Assembly: GCA_965240325.2 (NCBI GenBank)
Contig: OZ251224.1
Coordinates: forward strand, 3,162,001 to 3,226,000
Origin: Rebecca billardiae RCC1528
Lineage: Eukaryota; Protista; Haptophyta
Length of the DNA: 64,000 nucleotides
Reading direction: 5' to 3'
Below, one piece after another: positions 20,587 to 29,182 of the stretch (the stretch's first letter is position 1; each line of letters begins with the position of its first letter). Both the position numbers and the translations under genes were made by a program. The notes under the pieces were generated by a model. It did not search any database. It was not told where the DNA came from and saw only the letters and a list, made by a program, of their open reading frames with translations.

Positions 20587-22213
20587 GACCGCGTTCCGCG
20601 GTCCTTTTCCGTAGAACGAACGTAGTTCAGGGCCCGCGGTGGCGGTGCACCCTCCATCGCAGTCGTCTATTGACAGACCCGGAGTTGCATGCCCGTACAA
20701 CTAGACTCCAGCGGCGCGCCGCCGCCCGCCGCGCCCGGGGCGCGGGCCCATCGGCGCACTTCGCAGCCGCTGGCGCGGCGCCGATTGTGTACAGGCGGAT
20801 GCGACGAGGCGTGATCGACGCATGAGCGCGACTCCACGTGCACGCCAGGCCACGCGAAGCTGACAGCCAGGGAGCACGGTGCGGGGCCGCGGATTCGTTC
20901 GGGCCGCTGCTGCTGACTGACCGCTGTCCCGCCGCGGGTCACCGCGCACCGGCAGCGCAAGGATAGTTAGATGATTTGCACTGGTCCGAGTAGGGTTCGA
21001 CCAGCGCCTGCGCGACGGCCGACAGGCGGGCGCGAGGCGTGATCGACGCATGAGCGCAACTCGACGTGCACGCCAGGCCACGCGGAGCTGACAGCCCGAG
21101 GGAGCACGGTGCCGAGGTCGGAGGTGCGACTGGGCACCAGTCACGGATCGTTCGCGCACGCCGCGCGTGCACGGGCTGACACACCTCGATCAGGCTCGGC
21201 ACGCGTTGCAGAGGCACAGCCAGCTCTGGGGACGTCACGCACCACCGTCGCCCGCGCAGCTCGTCCTCCTCGTAGAGTACCGTTCAGTTCCGAGGCGTAG
21301 CCCTCGCTCAGAGTCGACCGTCGACGATGGACTCGGATCGTCGGCGCTCCCCGGAAAGGCATGGCAAGGGCGGCGCGTGGTGAAGTCGAAGACTCAGAGA
21401 TCGATCAGTCCGGCATCAGGCGCCGCTGCCCCCGAGCTTGCGAGAGCCCGAATACAGGGCGGCTGCCGCGGCGCGGCCGGGGCGCCCCGGCGCCGACCGG
21501 CGCGCGGCCGCGCGCAGGCATCGACACGGGGCGGCGGGGGCGCGCGGAGTGAGCGGGGGCACGAACGCGATGTCGACGGCAGTCGGGACCCGCCGCAGCC
21601 GCGCGCTCCAGGCGCAACTCGCCGCGCGCACCTGCCCATCGCCGTCCTCACCCGTCGGTCGCTCGTCAGCTCGCCTGGCCTCTCGCGGTCTCGCCGCAGC
21701 CGTGGCGTACAAAAGTCAAAACGCGGGCCCGCGCGCCCCGGCTCCCGCTTCCGGTGTCAGATAGTATTGAGATTCGCCGAGGTTGGCCCATCGGCTACTG
21801 ACCCTTGCCTCGTCGGCTCCTGATACAGACACGGCGCGATTGAATAGTTGATTCAACTGTCACATCGGTTCGCGGCAATCTCCATCTAGATACGACGTCA
21901 TCGCTCCTTGGACCTTGCTGCAATCTCATTGGCCGGAAAAATCGCTTGTAACGGTTCGTTACGATAGGGATCCTAAAGGGCGTGAAGTTTTTTGGACGGG
22001 CGTCACTCCACGCTTTACTATGAACTTGCCGTGGGCGCGACCTTTTTCGGCCGTGATGCGTGTTAGAGAGGGTCTCAAAATTCGAAACTCGGTCTCCTCC
22101 AGCCCTGAAAATCGTCCCCCGTCCCTTTTTTCTTGATCAAAGACCTTTTTGAAACGTGGTTAGGGCCCACGGAGCGGGCTCCACGCTGCGCGCTCCGCCC
22201 TGCACCGCGGGCC
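20587..22213. mobile_element. Asymmetric hairpin-ended non-autonomous element, copy E1 (1627 bp)
   Basis: Left end (TA)n|GACCGCG-TTC-CGCGGTC...GGCCCGCGGTG; right ~330 bp shared with E3, ending GCACCGCGGGCC|AT; (TA)n on both flanks. Confidence 0.75.
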
Positions 22214-23017
22214 ATAACATATATATATATATATAGTTATTGATAATTATTAATTGCAAATTGATGACGATGCGCGGCACGTCCGGTAGCTATACTGGTC
22301 GTAGACGTAGTCCCGCCGCAATCTAATTTGGCATCAATAAAGACTATAGCTAGACTATATTGACTAATAAATAGTCGGATCCATGGGACGTGGGGCGACG
22401 TGGCTATACGTGTTTACAGTAGCTTACAGTGCGCGCGACATCATATATAATATATCGATCGTCAGCAATCATCAGCCGGCGCGCGCCGGGCCCGGCGCAG
22501 CCGCGCAGCGCGCATTGCCATTGGGCGCGCCAGCATTAAGTCCGCCATTTATTCCGCGACGATTTCGCGGACTATTGCCGTTAGACTTGCGCGCGCATCG
22601 TCGCGCGTTCGTCGCATCAATCAATGATGCGCAGCCGGAGACCGAGCTAGTCCCGCGCGCGAGTTAGCGTCGCGTACGGCCGTACGCGCGTGATGATATG
22701 TATTCATGAAGCTAATAGCTATTGCGATGACGATAGTCGATATATACGACATTCAAATATTTCAATCTGAGGATAACGTGATTGAGGTGGGTAGTACCAT
22801 AGGCGTAGCCGGCCCGCGTAGCCGGTAGTGGCCCCGTGCCGCAGGCTGGCTCGCAGGGCCCATGGCCATGCCGGTGCGGATACGACGGCGGACGATACGT
22901 GCCGCAATCGTCCGGATGGCGCCCGTGCCCTGTCACCCGTGGCGCCGGCCCGCCCGTGCCCGCGGGCATGTGGCCCGTGGCCGCTTGGCGGCCCGCGCCC
23001 GCGCGGCACAGTAGCTG

Positions 23018-24598
23018 CTAGCCGCCGGCCGACGCCGCAGCCGGGCAGACAGACCGCCCATCGCGGCACACCTTTGGGAGCGGGTAGCCGCCGCACAAAA
23101 AGTCTTGGAAGTAGACGCGGCACACGGTGCGCATCAGCTCCGGCTCCTCCTGCAGCTGCGCCATGAGGGCGGCGCGTGAAGGGATGCCCTCCTCCCGGGG
23201 GTGTGATTTGCGAACGACGATGCGCTCGGCGCCCGCGGATCGAGACTGGGCAAGGCCTCGCCTCTGCACGCGCCGCCGCCGGCGCGAGCTTGCGTGCCAG
23301 GAGTACGCGGGCTGCACCGCGCAGCCGCGCGCGCGCGCGAGCTCCGTCGCGTTAATGCGGCGCAGCAGCGCGTCCGTGTCCTCTGCGAGCGACTCGGTGC
23401 GCAGCAAGAGCTGCACGGGCAGGCTGTCGAGCGGCGCCTGCGGCGCGCACTGCCCCGGCGCAGGCCGTGCCTTCCGGCTTGGGCGGCGCACTGGCGCGTC
23501 GGTGCGGCTGCGGCTCACCGATCGGATGCCGTGGAAGAGGCTGGCGGTGTGCAGGTGGCGCGAAGAGTCGTACCGAGCGACACACTCGGTCGCGTGCGCG
23601 AAGGCGCGGAAGCGCGCGCGCTCATCCAAGACGCCGTGCTCGAGGATCACTGGCTCTGTGTCAGGCCGGTTTCGCCTCGGGTCTGTGGCGCCGTCGCGCG
23701 GCGGCTGCAGGCCCAGCGTGCCCGTGTACCCGGCGAGCAACCAGCCTGCGTCGCTCTTAGCCAGCAGCCTGCGCAGCTCTGAGTCATCGAGCGCCGCGCC
23801 GCTCCCATCGTCCTGGCCCAGCTCGAGCTTGACGAGCGTGCGCCAGTTAGGCAGGCGGACGGCGCGCTGCGTGGGCTGGGCCTTGACGCCGGCGCCGCCG
23901 TCCCCCGCCGCCGCTCCGCTGCCGGCTCGACTCTCCCTGCCTCCGGCCTCCGGCCGCTCGAGCAGCACCACCCCCGTCATGTCCTTGATCACCTCGGCGT
24001 AAGCGGAGAGGAAGCGGCTCACCGGCTCGCGCGCTTGGCCGGCGGTGAGCCAGTGATGGTGCAGTGGAAGGTCGGGCGGGGAGTGCGGCGATCTGCGCAC
24101 TGCTCCGAGCGACGGGCCGAACACGCAGCGCCAAAAGTTCGTGATGTGGCCGCTCCCAGCCTTCCAGACCACGTGGATGAGCACAGACTCATTGGTGTGC
24201 TCGTTGAGAGCGCGCAGGTAGTGGGCGCCGCCCAGGCTGCATGTACGCCCCGCCTCGTCGCGAGGCTGTGGTGGGCAGCTGCGAGGCCGGGGCCACACCA
24301 CGCTCTCGAACACGTGCAGCTCCGGGCCGTCCCACGCGCTCCTCATGCGCAGGTCGAACGTCCTGTTCTCCGCTCGGAAATTGCACTTGTCGACGAGGGT
24401 GCGGTGGTGTTCGAGAAGGAGCTCCGGCGCGTTGGCGGGAGCGCTAGGGCCGTTCGAGCAGAAGCGTCCTTCGACGAGCCAGAGCAGCCATGGCGCGCCG
24501 AGCAGCGCCACCGCAATCGCCACGAGTCGTCCTCGTGGCGATTGCGCGTGGCGATTGCGCGTCCTCGTGGCGATTGCGCGATTGCGCGTGGCCGCCAT
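23018..24598 (-). CDS. Type II membrane (Golgi-type) sulfotransferase, Sulfotransfer_2-like
   Basis: N-terminal TM; 5'-PSB-like HVVWKAGSG; 3'-PB-like AREPVSRFLSAY; LRTESLAED; C-terminal VYFQDFLCGGYPLP. Confidence 0.75.
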   Translation of the reverse strand: MAATRNRAIATRTRNRHAQSPRGRLVAIAVALLGAPWLLWLVEGRFCSNGPSAPANAPELLLEHHRTLVDKCNFRAENRTFDLRMRSAWDGPELHVFESVVWPRPRSCPPQPRDEAGRTCSLGGAHYLRALNEHTNESVLIHVVWKAGSGHITNFWRCVFGPSLGAVRRSPHSPPDLPLHHHWLTAGQAREPVSRFLSAYAEVIKDMTGVVLLERPEAGGRESRAGSGAAAGDGGAGVKAQPTQRAVRLPNWRTLVKLELGQDDGSGAALDDSELRRLLAKSDAGWLLAGYTGTLGLQPPRDGATDPRRNRPDTEPVILEHGVLDERARFRAFAHATECVARYDSSRHLHTASLFHGIRSVSRSRTDAPVRRPSRKARPAPGQCAPQAPLDSLPVQLLLRTESLAEDTDALLRRINATELARARGCAVQPAYSWHASSRRRRRVQRRGLAQSRSAGAERIVVRKSHPREEGIPSRAALMAQLQEEPELMRTVCRVYFQDFLCGGYPLPKVCRDGRSVCPAAASAGG

Positions 24599-24795
24599 TG
24601 TGAAGGCGTTCTACCATCACCACAAGAAGACGGATCCACATTCCACAGTGGTTGGTTGGGGATTGGGTTGCCATGGTTGGGGGCTGGCCAGGTTGGGGCT
24701 GGAGGCTTCCGCCCGCTTCGGCCGCCATCGTCAGTCTACAATCTAATCACCAGCCCACCAGGAGCTTGCCCCTCCTACTCAGCCAGATAATATAT

Positions 24796-26098
24796 GACCG
24801 CGTTCCGCGGTCCTTTTCTGCATAGAATCAACGCAGTTGGGGGCCCGCGGTGGCCGTGCAATCGCGTGAATCGCGGCTCTCCGCCGTAGTGGCAGTTCGC
24901 CAGTTGAAGTCGGTTCTGAGATGACTGAAGCTATATTAGTCCGACCGTCGCCCTGCCTGCGCGACCGCGAGACTCATTCACACTTCACACAATCACAGCA
25001 GCGGACCTGAGACCGCACCCGGCACCGGTCGTCAAATCGGACGTCCGTCTGACAACTAGCTGCCAAATGTCCAACTGGCTGATCAGCTCGGATCCGACCC
25101 GTCCGCGATCGTGCCATCGGCATCGGAATTACTACTAGTAGCTGCCAAACTGTGTCCAACTCTGGCTGATCAGCTCGGATCCGACCCGTCCGCGATCGTG
25201 CCGAGTGAGTCGTGCCGCGGAGCTCGGAGTACTGAAGGAGTCGGGTGTGACAGCAGGGTGCTTTAGCGCTGCGGCCCGTGCCAGCCAACGACCAGACGTA
25301 CTCTGGCCACTTGACCCGTTGCACGGGTCAGTGACCGTACGCCCTGCCTAGTGCCTACCGCGCGCGCCGCGCGACCGGCGACTCGGGGTGATGGAGAGCG
25401 GATGGCGACAGCAGCAGCAGTCCTCATGAAGACGATGAAACTGGCGGCACGGGTGCACGAGGTGGCAGGCGAAAGCGCGCCGACGAGACCGCATTTGACA
25501 CACCTGAGCCGCACGCGCGTGCCGAGTCGCCGAGCGGCGAGCGCTGCAAACGCGCAACCGTACCGCGCGCGCCACGACGGCGCGGCACTAGCTGATGCAG
25601 GCCGTACTGCCGGCACTGCTTCTGCGATCATGCGCCACGGTCGCAGCTGACTGCGTGAGCAGCAAGCGGGAGGCGGGTCCGGAGGCACGTGCAGGCGCCG
25701 TCCCGCATATCCGCCATCGCCCATCGTGCCGGGGCACGTCACCTCCGACGATCCGGATGTGGCCCAGTCCGGACGTCACGCGATCCGGGAAGACGAGCGG
25801 GAAGACGAGTACGATTCGCTCGTAACGAACCGTTACACTAATGTCACGTCCAGCTGACGTCCAGATCGCACTTTACTTAAGGGAATCAGCTGGGCGCGGT
25901 TTTTTTTGGCCTGATAGACCTCTCAATGCGATCTCAAAAACTCGAAACTCGGTCTCCGCCAGCCCTAAAAATCGCCCCCCGTCCCTTTTTTTCCGCCGCC
26001 CCCCGTCCCTTTTTTCTTGATCAAAGATCTTTTTGAAACGTGGTTCGGGCCCGCTGGTGCGGGCTCCACGCTGCGCGCTCCGCCCTGCACCGCGGGCC
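24796..26098. mobile_element. Asymmetric hairpin-ended element, copy E2 (1303 bp)
   Basis: Same left hairpin end as E1/E3 and ~170 bp of shared right end; AT on both flanks. Confidence 0.75.
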
Positions 26099-26262
26099 AT
26101 GACGATTGTGATGACGACATATTTTTTCACATATTCCCAGCGCGAATCTGCGAGGGGATATTTTCACATATCTTGCAATCTCTCACTGGGGCATCCTGCA
26201 TCCAGACGCCGCAGACTGCCCGCGGAGCCGCCGTCTACTGATCCAGACGTCCACCCGCGCGC

Positions 26263-26423
26263 ATGCCGCGCATCGTCTTTGCCATCACGCCGAGCTCGGC
26301 TGCGTGCGAGCGCGTGTTCTCGCTGCTGAAGATCTCATGTTCGGCGACTCGCACGGAAGGGGGCGTACGCCGACATGCTGCAGGGCTCGCTGAGTGCTCA
26401 GGTACAACAAGCGGCAGCTCTGA
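26263..26423 (+). pseudogene. hAT transposase C-terminal dimerisation domain relic (frameshifted)
   Basis: RIVFAITPSSAACERVFSLLK, then after frameshifts MFGDS..ADMLQGSL.LRYNKR. Confidence 0.8.
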
Positions 26424-26692
26424 CGACTGGCTGACGTTGTGAGTAGTGACACGAGGCGTGAGAGTTATTTATGGAATATGGGACTCCGGACTGCACGCTC
26501 GCGCCCGCGGGCGCGCGCGCGGGGGTCCGCAATAAGCCAATGTTTTGGCCATATGTAGGCAATATCTGCACGGAGGCAGGCACATAATCGAATACCATAT
26601 TTCGGCCATCTCGAGCACATATCTGGCCAGGGGCAACCCGGAGCCCATTATTACAAAGGGGGGAATTTAAACAGTACCCAGCATACCACGAC

Positions 26693-26865
26693 GCCGGTCT
26701 GTGGCCGAGTGGGAGTACTGGCGTGCTCTTGCGTCTGAGGTCATGGGTTCAAAACCAGTTTCCAGGTCTCTCTTCGGAGAGCGTGCGATGAAGGATGGCG
26801 CGGCAACCTGCCACCGTGAGCCTTACGCACGTTAAAACCAATAAACTGTAAGTCTGTAAGTGTAA
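26693..26865 (+). mobile_element. tRNA-derived SINE
   Basis: Pol III A box TGGCCGAGTGG (26702) and B box GGTTCAAAACC (26746); no complete cloverleaf; tail AATAAA(CTGTAAGT)2GTAA. Confidence 0.65.
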
Positions 26866-27366
26866 CGGCCCCAGAAGGCTAAGGCTTGAGAAGGCGCCGC
26901 GTGAATCACTGAATCACTGCAAAGCGACCAGGTGGCCGGGTACAGCTCGTCTTAAGGGAAACGGTTCGGTGCTTGCCGTCTCGCCTAATCCGAAATGTCT
27001 GAGTCCCGGTGGCAATGAAAATCGCGTCCACCAGGTATAAGTATTACTCGTCGATATCTAGTCAGCCGCCGCGCGACGATGATCATATAATAATTAAATC
27101 CGCCTATCCGGCGGGTAGTCTGACGTGACTGCTGTGTCACGACACCGCTGCAGCCGATCGCGGGAGTCCGGCGTGGCTCCGTTCTCAATCTCTGAGGATT
27201 CTGAGTCGGACAGCTCAGCCTAGCTGTGCTGAGTCACGACTCAGTAATTTAGACCGATCCGAGCATTAGCAAGGGAGATCGAATCCGAGCGGCCCTGCCG
27301 TATTAGTATACTATAGTACTAGTTAGCTTACTGAATTCTGCTGCAAGCACGGGCTCGGGCCGGATA

Positions 27367-28233
27367 TCACAACGAGGGCTCGACGTGGTAGCCAGCCTCA
27401 TGCCCGTTGGCATCCACAACGGGCGTGAACGTGAAGCGCGGCGGCTCGCCCGCGGCCTCCCGCAGGTAGGTCCCAACACAGTCGAAGAGCACGCCCCCGC
27501 GCTGCTGATGTCCTTGCGCGTGGTGGCCTGTGCCGGTGAGCAGCCACGCGCGGCCGTGCTCGCGAAGCGTGCTGCGCAGACGGCCGTCGAGCACGACGCC
27601 GACGGTCGCCTGCGACTGGAAGTGCAGGTCGAGCGCCGTGGCTGGCAGGCCGTGGGACCCCATGACGAACGCGAAGCGCTCCAGCGGGTCTGGGATCGCA
27701 AAGGCTGCCCGCGCGTCGCGCGCAGCCGAGTCGACCCAGAACTCCTCCGGAAGGCGCGTGGCCCTGGCGGGGGCCGGCGACGCCGCCGGGTGCAGCGGCA
27801 GCGGCCGCGGTGCCGGTGCGCGCGCTACTGTCGGCAGCTCCGCCCGCCGATCGGGCAGCAGGTTGTCCAGCTTGGCGCCGGCACCGCTCTCCGGCTGGGC
27901 AGCGAGCGCGAGGCGCTCCATCGCCTCCTGAGCTGCTTGTGACGGATGAAGGTACAAGCACAGCGGGTTCGTGCAGGAGTCACCGTATGCGCATGGCTTG
28001 CTGGCACACTGCGCGCGCATCGCCTCCGCCTCCTCGTCGCTCACGTGGATGTCGCGACACTTGTGGCCGAATGCGCAGCTCCCGGCGACGTACGCCATGC
28101 AGACACGCCCAGAGCTGCCGGGCGCCTCCTTCACGTGCCGGTAGATGCAGTCAGGCCGCGTGCACGCTGAGCCGTACTGACACAGCGGCATCTGCTGCCG
28201 CGCGGCCGCAGCCTTGCTCTTGCCTCTCCCCAT
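27367..28233 (-). CDS. Triple CCCH zinc finger + C-terminal Smr domain protein
   Basis: CQYGSACTRPDCIYRH, CMAYVAGSCAFGHKCRDIH, CAYGDSCTNPLCLYLH; Smr-like LDLHFQS...WLLTGTGHH. Confidence 0.8.
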   Translation of the reverse strand: MGRGKSKAAAARQQMPLCQYGSACTRPDCIYRHVKEAPGSSGRVCMAYVAGSCAFGHKCRDIHVSDEEAEAMRAQCASKPCAYGDSCTNPLCLYLHPSQAAQEAMERLALAAQPESGAGAKLDNLLPDRRAELPTVARAPAPRPLPLHPAASPAPARATRLPEEFWVDSAARDARAAFAIPDPLERFAFVMGSHGLPATALDLHFQSQATVGVVLDGRLRSTLREHGRAWLLTGTGHHAQGHQQRGGVLFDCVGTYLREAAGEPPRFTFTPVVDANGHEAGYHVEPSL

Positions 28234-28347
28234 GCCCGACGACGGCGGCGGCGGCGGGATGCGCCAGCCTCGGGCACGATGGCGGCCTCAGTCAGTCCTG
28301 GCAGGGCTGGCAGACTCCTTGACCAGTCTAGGAGACCCGCGTCGTCC

Positions 28348-28956
28348 TATGGAGCGCTCGTTGGAACTTGGCGGGGCTTGGAACTTGACACCGCATTTCC
28401 CAGCGAAGTGCCCCATCTCGGCGGGGCTGGCACGGTCGGCACACGCTCCTGAGCGCTCGCTTCGCGGTGCGGCAGGCCTTGGGCAGCCCAGACAGACATG
28501 CCGCGACCGAATTACCGGGCCATGCGCGCACCACACCCGCGCTACATGGCCTGCGCGCTGGACGACTGAGAGGCAACGCCGAACCACTGCATTCCACTGC
28601 CCCGCATGCACCCCGAGTCACCTTCAGAGGGCGTCGACGAGCGCAGAGCGGGTGCGTGGGAGTTCGACCAACTCGTGTACCTTCTTGCAAGCACCAGCGG
28701 CGAGGTCGCAAGCCGAACCTTGACCAGCCGTGAAACTTGAGCTGGTCGGCAGCAAAACCACCGTTTAACCCGGATCAAGTTAGCAGCGTGCGAGGAGGAG
28801 GCGCGGTGCGCGTCCACGGCTGGCGAGAGGCGTCCGGACCGTTCCGTTCTCGGCCGCGCCCGCGCGCTTCCCGCCGCCGCAGGCCCCGTGTACGCCCGTC
28901 GTCGCCCTCGCCGCGCGGGCGCCAAACCGGCGTCAAGTTCCAACGAGCGCTCCATA
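28348..28956. mobile_element. TIR element/MITE with TA flanks (609 bp including TA)
   Basis: Perfect 23-bp inverted repeat TATGGAGCGCTCGTTGGAACTTG at 28348-28370 and 28934-28956. Confidence 0.8.
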
Positions 28957-29182
28957 CCTGTGTCGTTAAATCAAGAATGAGTCTAGATCTGCAGCCGGGA
29001 AAGCCGACGAAAGTCAGTCAGCACTCAGCATGGCGATTGGCGGTGGCTCCCGTCCCAGGGACAAGTCAACGACATGCTGCTGCCACTATTGCAGTACCTC
29101 GATGACAAGTGCACCCAGACTCAAGCGCGCATGCGACGCGCACGCATGTTGTCCGGCGGATGCATCTGATGGGGTGAGACGC

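Larger units (their letters stand above)
24766..26636 (+). mobile_element. Degenerate hAT-family element with 8-bp TSD, interrupted by E2
   Basis: TSD CCAGGAGC (24758-24765) / CCCGGAGC (26637-26644); TIR TTGCCCCT..GCCAGATA versus TATCTGGCCAGGGGCAA; internal hAT dimerisation relic. Confidence 0.75.

Noticed and set aside
26693-26766. Functional tRNA gene
   Set aside because: A and B boxes are present, but the acceptor and anticodon stems do not form; better explained as a SINE head
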